Source: an uncultured Candidatus Accumulibacter sp. (GTDB lineage: Bacteria > Pseudomonadota > Gammaproteobacteria > Burkholderiales > Rhodocyclaceae). Taken from it: a DNA stretch of 64,000 nt. The notes below the pieces were generated by a model, which saw only the letters and a list, made by a program, of their open reading frames with translations, made no database searches and had not been told where the DNA came from. The translations under genes were made by a program, and so were the position numbers. Each line of letters starts with the position of its first letter. The first letter of the stretch is position 1. Positions 1-9,252 of the stretch are shown in pieces. Location of the stretch: positions 8,847 through 72,846 of the forward strand of contig CAYQVH010000018.1 of NCBI GenBank assembly GCA_964420975.1, in the 5' to 3' direction.

Positions 1-27
1 GCGGCGCTCATCGCCTCAGTCTGGCGA

Positions 28-504
28 TCAACCAATTCCCGGGAGATGCTTCGCCACCATCAAGGCGACGACCAGCACCATGGCGCTGAAGGCGGGCACC
101 CCGAGCCGGAACCACCATCGCGCCAGACGCCAGTACGCGTCGGGCAGCGGCGAGCCCTCGGCGGCGGCGGCAGCGGCCATCCGCCGCATTCGGATCTGCA
201 GCCACACCACCGGCAACCAGCAAGCGCCGGCGAGTAAATAGAGACCGAGACTGGCGGCGATCCAGGGTGTGCTTATCGGCAGGCCGAGCATGGCAACCAT
301 GGCCAGGCCACTGATCGGTTGCAGGATCACGGTCGGCGTCGTAAACAGCCAGTCGGCGAGGACGACATGCCGGTTGGTTCCGGCAATCAATACCACGTCG
401 CCCGTGCGGTCGGCCATCCATTTGTAGAAAGCGCTCCCCAGGCCGGTACCGAACAACAGGACCATGCTGAGGAGGTGCACGGTCTTGATCGTCGTGTAAG
501 TCAT
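28..504 (-). CDS. DUF2269 family integral membrane protein
   Basis: 158 aa, hydrophobic helices; motifs HLLSMVLLFGTG, DWLFTTP, CWLPVVWLQ, LMVAK typical of DUF2269; overlaps upstream SDR gene by 4 nt. Confidence 0.85.
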   Translation of the reverse strand: MTYTTIKTVHLLSMVLLFGTGLGSAFYKWMADRTGDVVLIAGTNRHVVLADWLFTTPTVILQPISGLAMVAMLGLPISTPWIAASLGLYLLAGACWLPVVWLQIRMRRMAAAAAAEGSPLPDAYWRLARWWFRLGVPAFSAMVLVVALMVAKHLPGIG

Positions 505-1367
505 GGCAGCGCTCCGCTACCCGCCGCGTCGGCGAAGAACAGCCATCGCCGTGCGGCCAACGGCGCCCGACCGAGGAAAGCGGCCAGTGGCGCCGTGTCC
601 GCCGCATAGCCGAATTGCAGCATGCGCAGGTTGTCCGGCTGCAGAATCGGATGCACGCCGCGACCGGCGAAGGCGATCGCCATCGCCACCGCGTACGGAA
701 TCCGCAACCACGGCGCCGGCGACAAGCCCTGCGCGCAGCGCATCCGTTGCAGCCAGTCCGCGACGGTCACGCTTTCCGGCCCGACGAGGTCCAGGGTCAG
801 TCGTGTTTCGGCGCAAGCAAGACTGCGCATGACGGTTGCGACGACGTCGCCGATGTGGACCGGTTGCAACCGTTGTCGGCCGTCTCCGACCACCGGGATG
901 ACCGGCAGCACCGAGAGTCGCAGGAACAGCGTCGCGCTACTGCCGCCGCGACCGTAGATCAACGACGGGCGCAGCACCAACCAGTCGAGGTCGAGGCGGC
1001 GCAGTTCGTCGTCGGCGGCGCGCTTGCTCCGGTGGTAGGCGGAAAACGCCTGGTCGTCAGCCCCCAGCGCCGAAATCTGCACGACGCGAGGTACTCCCCT
1101 TTTGGCGCAGGCCCGGAAAAGTGTGGTCGGTGCCAAGGTATGGACGACCTTGAACGACTGTCCCGCGGTTTCGGCGAGGATGCCGACGCTGTTGATCACG
1201 GCGTCGACGCCGTCCAGATGGGGAAGCCAGTCGTCTGGAACCAGCCGGGTCGCAAAATCGACGCCGTCGCGTCGGGATACCGGAACCACCCGGTGACCGG
1301 CGGCAGTGAGGGCGGCGGCAAGATTGCGACCGATGAAGCCGGTCGCTCCGGTGAGCAGGACGTTCAT
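501..1367 (-). CDS. NAD(P)-dependent epimerase/dehydratase, atypical SDR (NDUFA9-like)
   Basis: Rossmann motif MNVLLTGATGFIG, YHRSK (YxxxK), LRPSLIYG; start placed at ATG 1367 rather than the ORF-track start 1472. Confidence 0.9.
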   Translation of the reverse strand: MNVLLTGATGFIGRNLAAALTAAGHRVVPVSRRDGVDFATRLVPDDWLPHLDGVDAVINSVGILAETAGQSFKVVHTLAPTTLFRACAKRGVPRVVQISALGADDQAFSAYHRSKRAADDELRRLDLDWLVLRPSLIYGRGGSSATLFLRLSVLPVIPVVGDGRQRLQPVHIGDVVATVMRSLACAETRLTLDLVGPESVTVADWLQRMRCAQGLSPAPWLRIPYAVAMAIAFAGRGVHPILQPDNLRMLQFGYAADTAPLAAFLGRAPLAARRWLFFADAAGSGALP

Positions 1368-1497
1368 GGGCGGCTCCTGAGGAGTGGTTGGAGCCCCCAG
1401 TCTGGGTTGCCGCGCGGGCCCTGGCTTCCGCTTTGATCGCAGTGGAACAACTTCCGCTTCCGGAAGGATCATTCCGGAGCAAGCCGCCGCCCGCCAG

Positions 1498-2526
1498 TCA
1501 GCCGGCGGCTGCCCTGGCGACGGTATGCAGCTTCCGGTACCGGCCGGGAGTCATTCCCTCGAGCTCCCGAAACGCCTCGTAGAAGTTGGACTGCGACGTG
1601 AAGCCGACGCCGAGGCCGACCGAGAGGACCGATGCCGAGGGCTCGGCGAGCAACATCGCCTTCGCCGCCGCAACCCGCTTCTCCCGCAGATAGCGCGAGT
1701 AGCTCACGCCGAGGCGGGTATTGATCAGTTCCGACAGCTGATGAGAACTGATCCCGATCCGCCGCGCCAGGCTGGCGAGGCTCAGGTCCGGATCCTTGTA
1801 GACACCTTGGTCGGCCATCAGCGCGGCCAGTCGGGCGAGCGCCGCGGCGCAATCGACGTTGCCGAGAGTCGAGCTTGCGTACGCCGCTTGCGCCGCCTGC
1901 GTCACCTCCGTCGACAACGCTGGGCGCAACCCCAGGGTGATCTGGACGAGGACGAAAGCGCTGCCGATGGCAATCGCGTACCAGACGAAGAAATCCTTGT
2001 CCGGCATGCCGACGCCGACGATGCCGAGCGCCGACGCGCCCAGGGCGATGGCGAAGACACCGCTCAACCACCGTATCTCGAGCCGGAAATGCGCCCTTTC
2101 ACCCCGCAGGAGGTAGATGCAGCGACCCAGCCAGGCGAGATAGCCGGCGCCGATCAGGAACGCGACGGGCAAGGCGACAGCGGGCGGGAGGACGAGCGAC
2201 CCGACGATCGGCAGGGCGTGCGCTACCCACTCCGAGCGCTTCGCGGCCCCCGAGAAGCCGACCATCAGCGGCCGGCTGAAAAAATGGAACGCCGGTGCGA
2301 CGGCGAACAACAGCAGGCGGTACGGCAGCGTCTCGATCCAGGGTCGATCGAAATACAGCCAGGCGAAATGCGCGACCTGGATTCCGGCCAGCGCCGCCAG
2401 CAGCGTCAAACCCATCACCCTTGCCGCCGGCTGGTCGGCGTAGTGGCGGCGACGGAAATGGGTCAGCGCCAGGACGACCGCGCTGAACAGGGAAAATCCA
2501 ATCAACAGGAGAGCGAGGGCTTTCAT
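1498..2526 (-). CDS. AraC family transcriptional regulator with N-terminal membrane sensor domain
   Basis: N-terminal ~200 aa multi-TM; C-terminal AraC HTH (LSLASLARRIG, GFTSQSNFYEAFRELEGMTPGRYR). Confidence 0.9.
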   Translation of the reverse strand: MKALALLLIGFSLFSAVVLALTHFRRRHYADQPAARVMGLTLLAALAGIQVAHFAWLYFDRPWIETLPYRLLLFAVAPAFHFFSRPLMVGFSGAAKRSEWVAHALPIVGSLVLPPAVALPVAFLIGAGYLAWLGRCIYLLRGERAHFRLEIRWLSGVFAIALGASALGIVGVGMPDKDFFVWYAIAIGSAFVLVQITLGLRPALSTEVTQAAQAAYASSTLGNVDCAAALARLAALMADQGVYKDPDLSLASLARRIGISSHQLSELINTRLGVSYSRYLREKRVAAAKAMLLAEPSASVLSVGLGVGFTSQSNFYEAFRELEGMTPGRYRKLHTVARAAAG

Positions 2527-2737
2527 CGGAGCAGGCTCGTAGGCACACGCGCATCATAATGGGCGCGCACCCGGTCGACCTCGGGCAAGCGGCCCGATCA
2601 TCCAGCTCCTCACGGCAACTCGGGATTTTGGTCAGGTGATCGCCGAGTCGTCGTGCAGCACACCGCGCGTCGCCAGCTTGGACTCGGGTGACTCCGACAG
2701 GGGCTGCCAAGGCCTTCGCACCGCGGGGTCGGCGTCA

Positions 2738-2836
2738 GAGGTCGTGAATAAATCTACTGCGCGGCCGATCTGCGGCGTTGCTCACTCGCTCACTCCTCGC
2801 CTATCGACCCGCTCGCGACGATTTCTTCACAACCTC
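2738..2836. mobile_element. 99-bp MITE with 17-bp terminal inverted repeats and TCA target duplication
   Basis: GAGGTCGTGAATAAATC (2738-2754) vs GATTTCTTCACAACCTC (2820-2836), 15/17 inverted match; TCA at 2735-2737 and 2837-2839. Confidence 0.7.
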
Positions 2837-3262
2837 TCAGTCATCGCCTGGCTTGCCGACTGGCGCAGTCGCCGCGTCACGCGCCAGCAGGTCGGCGACG
2901 GTGGCGGTCGCAAACCACGCCGGCGGCGTCCAGCTATCGGGGACATACTTCTGTCCCCAAAGTGCCAATTGCTGCAGGACGGGCAGCAGGTCCGCCCCTT
3001 TGGCGGTCAGAAAGTACTCATAGCGCAGGGGTTTCTGCTGGTAGGGCCGGCGGGCGATGAGGCCGTTCTCTTCGAGCAGCTTCAGCCGTTGGGCGAGGAT
3101 GTTGGTCGGAATGCGCTCGGGCGATCCCTGGAAGTCCTTGTAGCGCGTCTTGCGTGCCATCAGGTCGCGAACGATGAGCAGGCTCCAGCGGTCGCCAAGC
3201 AGGTCGAGCGACGCGGCGAGCGGGCAGAGCGAGCGGAACGAACCGTGTGGCGAGAGTTTCAT
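2837..3262 (-). CDS. HxlR family winged-helix transcriptional regulator
   Basis: CPLAASLDLLGDRWSLLIVRDL, ILAQRLKLLEENGLI, YEYFLTAKG motifs. Confidence 0.92.
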   Translation of the reverse strand: MKLSPHGSFRSLCPLAASLDLLGDRWSLLIVRDLMARKTRYKDFQGSPERIPTNILAQRLKLLEENGLIARRPYQQKPLRYEYFLTAKGADLLPVLQQLALWGQKYVPDSWTPPAWFATATVADLLARDAATAPVGKPGDD

Positions 3263-3290
3263 GGTGGAGCCACTTTACCTGTCGACTTGG

Positions 3291-3348
3291 TCGCTTGCAA
3301 TTAGAAAGCAACTGTGGCAGCATCGTCTCACTTGCTAATTGCAAGTGA
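3291..3348. promoter_or_regulatory. Two copies of a palindromic operator TCACTTGC-N5-GCAAGTGA, probable HxlR binding sites
   Basis: Perfect 8-5-8 palindrome at 3328-3348; 17/21 inverted copy at 3291-3311; lies between divergent hxlR and GFA genes. Confidence 0.6.
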
Positions 3349-3401
3349 CTAGGAATGGCCGTCGACGGCCATCCCCCCACGCCTGATTTCTGGAGGACAC
3401 C

Positions 3402-3839
3402 ATGAGTGAGAGCGCTACTACCGTCCATCAAGGTCGTTGTTTATGCGGCGCGATTCATTTTGCCGCTGCCGGTGAACCGATGATGACCGGCTTCTGCTAC
3501 TGCGAGAGTTGTCGCCGATTGAGCGGCGCTGGACACGCCTTTCACGCGTTGTGGCCGGAAGCCGCGGTAACCTTCAGCGGCGCGGCGCGCGATTTCGCCT
3601 GGCAGGCGGATAGCGGCGCAACGGTGACGACGAGTTTCTGCCCAACCTGCGGCAGTCCGCTGTTCGGCCGCAGTTCCGGCATGCCCGGAATGCTGACGCT
3701 GCGCGTCGCCAATCTCGACGAGCCGGAAGCCTTTACGCCGCAGATGGCAGTTTACGCCAAGCGTCGGCTATGCTGGGATTCGCTCGACCCGAACCTGCCC
3801 ACCTTCGACGAAATGCCGCCGGAGCCGGCGCAGCCCTGA
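3402..3839 (+). CDS. GFA (CENP-V) family zinc-binding protein
   Basis: GRCLCGAI, CYCESCRR, FCPTCGSPLF cysteine motifs. Confidence 0.92.
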   Translation: MSESATTVHQGRCLCGAIHFAAAGEPMMTGFCYCESCRRLSGAGHAFHALWPEAAVTFSGAARDFAWQADSGATVTTSFCPTCGSPLFGRSSGMPGMLTLRVANLDEPEAFTPQMAVYAKRRLCWDSLDPNLPTFDEMPPEPAQP

Positions 3840-3849
3840 TGCGAACGGC

Positions 3850-4539
3850 TTGGCGAACCCGACCATGTTTTCATCACAGACTTTCGACTTCCTCGCCGAA
3901 CTGACGGCAAACAATCGGCGCGACTGGTTCGTGGCGAACCAGGCACGTTACGAGGCGTTGGTGCGCGAACCGGCCCTGGAGTTCATCGCTGCCATGGCAC
4001 CGCATCTGAATCGTTTCGCGCCCCATTTCCGCGCCGAGGCGAAAAAAGTGGGGGGGTCGCTGATGCGGGTTTTTCGCGACACGCGTTTCGCGCGCGACAA
4101 GTCGCCGTACAAGACCAACGTCGGCATCCACTTTCGCCATGCCCTGGGCAAGGATGTCCACGCGCCGGGGTACTACGTACACCTCGCCGCTGACGGCTGT
4201 TTCCTTGGCGTCGGCTGCTGGCATCCCGAGCCGGTGGCTCTCGGGCGCCTGCGCGAGGCGATTGCGGAGGCGCCCGAACAGTGGTTCAAGGCGCGCGACG
4301 ATCCGCTCTTCGCGGCGTCTTTCGCGCTTTCTGGCGACAGCCTGACGCGCCTGCCGCGGGGCTACGCTGCCGACCATCCGGCGCGGGAAGACCTGAAACG
4401 CAAGGATTTTATCGCCGTCGCGCCGCTTGCCTTTGACGAAGTCGTGGCACCCGAACTGCCGGCGATCGTCGCCCAGCGTTTCACCGCTGCGACGCCGCTG
4501 ATCGCCTTTCTCTGCGGCGCGCTCGGCGTTCCCGCGTAA
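3850..4539 (+). CDS. DUF2461 (TIGR02453) family protein
   Basis: FDFLAELTANNRRDWF, RVFRDTRFARDKSPYKT, LKRKDF motifs; the start may be the ATG at 3865. Confidence 0.88.
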   Translation: MANPTMFSSQTFDFLAELTANNRRDWFVANQARYEALVREPALEFIAAMAPHLNRFAPHFRAEAKKVGGSLMRVFRDTRFARDKSPYKTNVGIHFRHALGKDVHAPGYYVHLAADGCFLGVGCWHPEPVALGRLREAIAEAPEQWFKARDDPLFAASFALSGDSLTRLPRGYAADHPAREDLKRKDFIAVAPLAFDEVVAPELPAIVAQRFTAATPLIAFLCGALGVPA

Positions 4540-4542
4540 AGA

Positions 4543-4559
4543 CCCTGCCGGCGGCAGGG
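4543..4559. terminator. Hairpin between convergent genes, probable terminator
   Basis: CCCTGCC-GGC-GGCAGGG 7-bp stem directly after the DUF2461 stop codon. Confidence 0.4.
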
Positions 4560-4568
4560 CGCTCGCCG

Positions 4569-7500
4569 TCACGCTCCCGGCGCAGGCGGCGGTGATGCCT
4601 CCTCGATCGTCCTTCGCAGCGCCTCGGTCGGCGGCGAGGGGACCGTCTGGAGTTCGCGCGCCAGCGCCTCGCGGCAGCGGCGATAGACGCGCAGCGCTTC
4701 GGCGCGCTCGCCCTGCTCGTAGAGGCCGCGCATCCAGACCCGGTAGAGCGGCTCGCGACCCGGATCGACGGCGAGCGCCGCGCGGCACAGCGCGCAGGCC
4801 TGAGCACCCTGGCCGAGATCGCCGAGCGCGCTCGCCAGATCGGCGAGCACGTCGATCACCTGGGCGCGCAGCGCCTCGCGCGCGCTGCGCGCCCAGGGCG
4901 CGTCCTCGGCGGGCAGGAAGTCCCACGGCGCAAAAGCGAGTAGCGCCCGACTGTGCGCGGCGAAGCGCGTCACCGTCTCCTCGGCGTTACCCGCAAGGGT
5001 CGCGCGCGTCTCGTTCAGCCGGCGCTGCAGCTGCCAGAGATCGACCCAGCAGCGGTGCGGGTTCAGCGTCAGGTAGCCGTCGTCGACCTGCAGCGCGTCG
5101 CTCTGGCGTAGCCGCTGCCGCAAGCGGGCGAGCGTAATGTCGAACGCGCCGCGGCTCGCCTCCGCCTCGCCGTTCTTGCTGCGCCCGTTCGGTGGCCCGC
5201 CGGGCGCCTCTTCCTCGCCCCAGAGCGCGGCGACGACGCGCGCCACTGGCACGGCGCGCCCGCCGAAGGCGATCAGGGCCTTGAGCAGTTGCACCGGCTT
5301 TGCCGAAGGGCGCGCGCCGTGGTTCGCCGGCACCTCATCGACGCACCAGCCGAAACGACCGAGCGTGTGCACCCGCACCGGCCACGGCCAGCCCTCCGGC
5401 GGCGCCGGTGGTGGCGGCAGCCGGCGACCGCGAATCAGCCGGCGCGCATACTCGGTTTCGACGCCGTGCTCGAGCGCGTAGGCGCACAGCCGCGACATCA
5501 CCGCCGGGCGAAAGCCATGGTGGTTGAGATAATCCTCTTCCCGCCCGATCGCGAAAGCGTCGCGCAAGGCGCGTATTCCGCGTTCCTCGTCAATCGTCTC
5601 GAGAGCGAGGAACGCTTCACTCAGTCCCGCCTGATACGCCAGCATCGGACTACGCAACGCCTCGCTCGCCGCACGTACCTGCGCCAGCTGCGGCCAGGCT
5701 TCGGCGGTTCGCCCGCACAGATGCAAGGCTTCGGCTTGTACCAGCGCTTCCAGCGCGAACTGATGCGGCCCGCCGTAGCGATCGGCGATTGCCTTCGCCT
5801 GGGTGATGGCGTGCAAGGCGGCAGGACCGTCGCCAGCCTGAAGTTCGATCAGCGCGCTGAGAAAATGGAAATGCGCGACATCGATGTGTCGTCGCCGATC
5901 GAGGGTCGCTTGCAGTCGCTGGAGCGCCGTTCGGCTGCGTTCGAGTTCGCCGTCGCTCAGGCAGGCGTAGATTTCGAGCGCGCCGAGAAAGAAATCCCAC
6001 ATCCGCAAACCGTTGTCGCGCGCTAATCGATGGCCGCGGGCACCGGCCGCGGCTGCATCCTGCAGGCGGGCGTCGCTCCAGGCGTACATCGCCCGGATCG
6101 CCTGCCACAAGACGGCGAAGACCGGTGCCAGCGTGTCTTCGTCACTCGGCTGCAGGACGGTCATCAGGCGCGCAAAGGGCGCCCGGCGGCCGACGACCAC
6201 CGAGTAGTAAATCGGTAAGTTGCAGGCGAGCAGGAGGCGCTGATGCTCGTCCGGACAGACATCGATCTCAGCGTGTAGCCGTCGGATGGCTTCGTCGATC
6301 GCCGGGTCCTGCGGTCGCCAGAACATCAGGGCGCTGAACCGGCTGGCGGTGAAACGCGGGACGAGCGAGGCGTCGGGTTCGCCGAATTCGTCACCTAGCG
6401 AGGACACTTCGTTCAACCAAAACTCGAGCTGGCTGAAGTCGGCCCACTCCAGGCAAATCAGATCGACGCTCGCGCACCAGGCGCGGAACGCGCCTTCGGC
6501 GTCGTGGCGCTGGCGAAAGCGGTGATAGGCGCGGGCGAAAGCGTCCTGCGCTGCGGGCGGGTCAAGGTGCAGCTGGGCTTCGCCCAGCCAGTAGCCGAGC
6601 CAGGGATCGTCGTCGCGGCGCTGGCGCGGGAGCGCGTGCAGCCAGCCGGACAGCGTCTGCTGCCAGCCGTGCGCGACGAGGAGCGGCGCTTCAACGCGGA
6701 TCAGGGCTTCGAGTTCCGGCCAGTGGTGCCCGGCGATGAGGAGCTGGGCGGCGGCCTCGCGCTCGCCGGCGGCGGCGAGCAAGGCGGCGGCGTGGCGTTC
6801 GATGCGGGCGAGCTCGGCGGCCGGGAAGTGTTCTTGGGCGCGCCGGACGAGAAAGCCGCGCAGCAGCGGGTGGAACTCGTACTGCGTTTCGCCGGCGCGC
6901 GGATGCGGCGTGGTGAGCAAGCCGTCTTGCGCCAGGCGGGCGAGCAGCGGGGTGGCTTGCGGCGTGCCGCACAGCGCCTGCGCCTGGTCGGCACCGATCC
7001 GCGGCAAGTGCGCGACGGTGAGCAGAAGGGCTTGTGTGGGGGCGTCAAAACGCGCGAAGACTTCGCCGGCGAGGTAGTGGAAGAGCGCGCTCTGGCGCAC
7101 GGGGACGTCGCCGGCGTGCAGGGCGGTGAGTTCGGACGGGTCGAGTTGCAGCAACAGCTTGAGGATGGCCGGCCAGCCGCGGCTGAGCTGGTGCAGCGCG
7201 GTCATTTGGGCGAGCGAGCGTCTTTCCGCGGTGGGCTGGTGTTCGGCGAAGAACTGGCGTTGGACGGCGAGCGACTCGTCTTCGGTAAACGGCAGTTCGC
7301 GCGCTTCGAGTGCGGTGAGCAGGCCGTTGGCGAGCAAACGGGAGAGTTCGGCGGGGGCTTCGAGGCGGCTGGCGATCAGCCAGTGGACGCCGGGCGGCGC
7401 TTCGTCGAGCGCGACCGACAGCAGGGTGCGAAAGCCGGGCGAGGCGAGCGCTTCGTGGGCGTTGTCGAGGACGAGGTGGCTCGGCGGCGAAAGCTCGGCG

Positions 7501-7865
7501 TAATAGCGGCGAAAGAAGGTGCGCAGGAAGGCGTCGAGGTCGTCGGGTGGCAGCGAGGCGAGCGGCGGGAAGCCGAGGGTGCTCGGCGCGCGCAAGCGGG
7601 CGGCGGGGCTTCGTTCGTTCGCGGGGCGTACGCACTGCTGCAACGCGTGGCAGCCGACGGCGACGTCGCCTTCGCCGGCGTCGATCTGGCACCAGCCGGT
7701 CAGGCACTGGCGGGTGCTGAGGTAGCTGGCGAGCAGTGTCGTCTTGCCGGCACCCGCGCCGCCGTGAATCCACACCGCGCCTGCGGCGAGCGCGGCGTCG
7801 AGCCGCCGGAATAGCCGCTCGCGCTGAACCGGCGACGTGATGCGCGGCGGCTCAAACTTCCCCAT
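4569..7865 (-). CDS. MalT-like STAND ATPase / TPR / BTAD-domain transcriptional activator
   Basis: Walker A GGAGAGKTT, MalT-like LIASR and YEFHPLLRGFL, helical repeats, C-terminal wHTH plus BTAD (WVDLWQL, DPGREPLYRVWM). Confidence 0.85.
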   Translation of the reverse strand: MGKFEPPRITSPVQRERLFRRLDAALAAGAVWIHGGAGAGKTTLLASYLSTRQCLTGWCQIDAGEGDVAVGCHALQQCVRPANERSPAARLRAPSTLGFPPLASLPPDDLDAFLRTFFRRYYAELSPPSHLVLDNAHEALASPGFRTLLSVALDEAPPGVHWLIASRLEAPAELSRLLANGLLTALEARELPFTEDESLAVQRQFFAEHQPTAERRSLAQMTALHQLSRGWPAILKLLLQLDPSELTALHAGDVPVRQSALFHYLAGEVFARFDAPTQALLLTVAHLPRIGADQAQALCGTPQATPLLARLAQDGLLTTPHPRAGETQYEFHPLLRGFLVRRAQEHFPAAELARIERHAAALLAAAGEREAAAQLLIAGHHWPELEALIRVEAPLLVAHGWQQTLSGWLHALPRQRRDDDPWLGYWLGEAQLHLDPPAAQDAFARAYHRFRQRHDAEGAFRAWCASVDLICLEWADFSQLEFWLNEVSSLGDEFGEPDASLVPRFTASRFSALMFWRPQDPAIDEAIRRLHAEIDVCPDEHQRLLLACNLPIYYSVVVGRRAPFARLMTVLQPSDEDTLAPVFAVLWQAIRAMYAWSDARLQDAAAAGARGHRLARDNGLRMWDFFLGALEIYACLSDGELERSRTALQRLQATLDRRRHIDVAHFHFLSALIELQAGDGPAALHAITQAKAIADRYGGPHQFALEALVQAEALHLCGRTAEAWPQLAQVRAASEALRSPMLAYQAGLSEAFLALETIDEERGIRALRDAFAIGREEDYLNHHGFRPAVMSRLCAYALEHGVETEYARRLIRGRRLPPPPAPPEGWPWPVRVHTLGRFGWCVDEVPANHGARPSAKPVQLLKALIAFGGRAVPVARVVAALWGEEEAPGGPPNGRSKNGEAEASRGAFDITLARLRQRLRQSDALQVDDGYLTLNPHRCWVDLWQLQRRLNETRATLAGNAEETVTRFAAHSRALLAFAPWDFLPAEDAPWARSAREALRAQVIDVLADLASALGDLGQGAQACALCRAALAVDPGREPLYRVWMRGLYEQGERAEALRVYRRCREALARELQTVPSPPTEALRRTIEEASPPPAPGA

Positions 7866-8187
7866 GGCCGATCACCCCTCCTCGTGTCTGCCGTTTGCTT
7901 CTCCTCGGCGCGAACCCGGCGTGGCGTGGGATTCTTGGGGGCTCGAGCGCCAAGGAGAGAGTTATGGTAGCAGCTTATCGGCTTCGATCCATCGTCTTCC
8001 ACCGAACGGGGGGCAGTCGAAAGTGTTGGTCGCGAGCGCAAACGTGGCCGCCCCCTTCTCTTGAAGGGGAGCAAGAGCCTGCCCCGACCGTCTTTGAAAT
8101 CCTTGTTTTCGACCGCTTGACCGGTTTATCGGCGGGCGAACACGCCGAGGGGTCGTCCGCGCCAAACCAAACCCCGCTTGATCCGCG

Positions 8188-9126
8188 TTACGCCTGACCC
8201 GGCAGCCGGCCGTCTCGCGGCGCAGGCGTCGCTGGCTGCGCCGTGCGCAGCAGGTAGTCGAGAAAGGCCTGCGCCGGCAAGGAGAGGATCTTGGTTTTCA
8301 GATGGACGACCCGCCACGGCCGGCGTAGAGGGAAGCCGGCGACGTCGAGGAGGCAGACGCCGGCGGCGGCCGGGTCGAGCGGCAAGGCGAAGCGCGACAG
8401 GGCCGCCGGGCCCATGCCGCTGGCGACGAGGTCGCAGATCGCTTCGTTACTGTTGACCGTCAGCTTGACGTCGAGCTTCAGGCCGAGCTGCGCCAGATGG
8501 GCGTCGAGCGTGCGCCGCGAGCCGGAGCCAGATTCGCGCAGGATGAAGCGCTCGTGCGCCAAGTCCGCGAGCTCGACTGGGCGGCCAGCCGCCCAGTGAC
8601 CCGCAGCCGCGATGATGACGATCTCGTTGTCCAGAAAGGGATGGCTGACGACATCGACGTCCTCTGGTGGATAGACCATGATATAGAGGTCGTCGAGGTT
8701 GCTGCGCAGGCGCGAAATGACCCGGTCGCGGTCGCCGATCTCCATCTCGACGTCGATCGCCGGGAAACGACAGCAGAAAGCGCCGAGCATGCGCGGCAGG
8801 AAGTGCCTCGCGGTGGTCACCAGCGCCAGCCGTAGCCGGCCGCGCTGCAGACCCTTGAGGTCGGCGATCGCCGACTCGAAGCGGTTCCAGACGTCGTCGA
8901 GTTGTCGCACGCTCTTCAGCAGTTCCTCACCGGCGTCGGTCAGTGTCAGTTCGCGACCTTCGTGTTCGAAGAGCGGCAGCCCCAACGTGTCGACGATCTG
9001 CTTGATCTGCAGCGAGACGGCTGGCTGCGTCAGGTGTAGTACCGCCGCTGCTTTCGTGAAGCTGCGCTGCGCGGCGACTGCGGCAAAGGTTTCGAGCTGG
9101 CGGAAGGTCAGGCGGCGTCGCGGCAT
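8188..9126 (-). CDS. LysR family regulator, CbbR/CmpR-like
   Basis: LTFRQLETF, SFTKAAAVLHLTQPAVSLQIKQ HTH; RESGSGSR motif typical of the CbbR/CysL group. Confidence 0.9.
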   Translation of the reverse strand: MPRRRLTFRQLETFAAVAAQRSFTKAAAVLHLTQPAVSLQIKQIVDTLGLPLFEHEGRELTLTDAGEELLKSVRQLDDVWNRFESAIADLKGLQRGRLRLALVTTARHFLPRMLGAFCCRFPAIDVEMEIGDRDRVISRLRSNLDDLYIMVYPPEDVDVVSHPFLDNEIVIIAAAGHWAAGRPVELADLAHERFILRESGSGSRRTLDAHLAQLGLKLDVKLTVNSNEAICDLVASGMGPAALSRFALPLDPAAAGVCLLDVAGFPLRRPWRVVHLKTKILSLPAQAFLDYLLRTAQPATPAPRDGRLPGQA

Positions 9127-9252
9127 ATATAAGCCATGGCAAATGGTGTCTCACATAATACCTCATTGGACATTATTTCATCCGGCCCAGACAATGGCGT
9201 CGTCGCGCTGGAAGGCCGACACCTGTTGAACCCACCGATCAGGAGAAACCCC

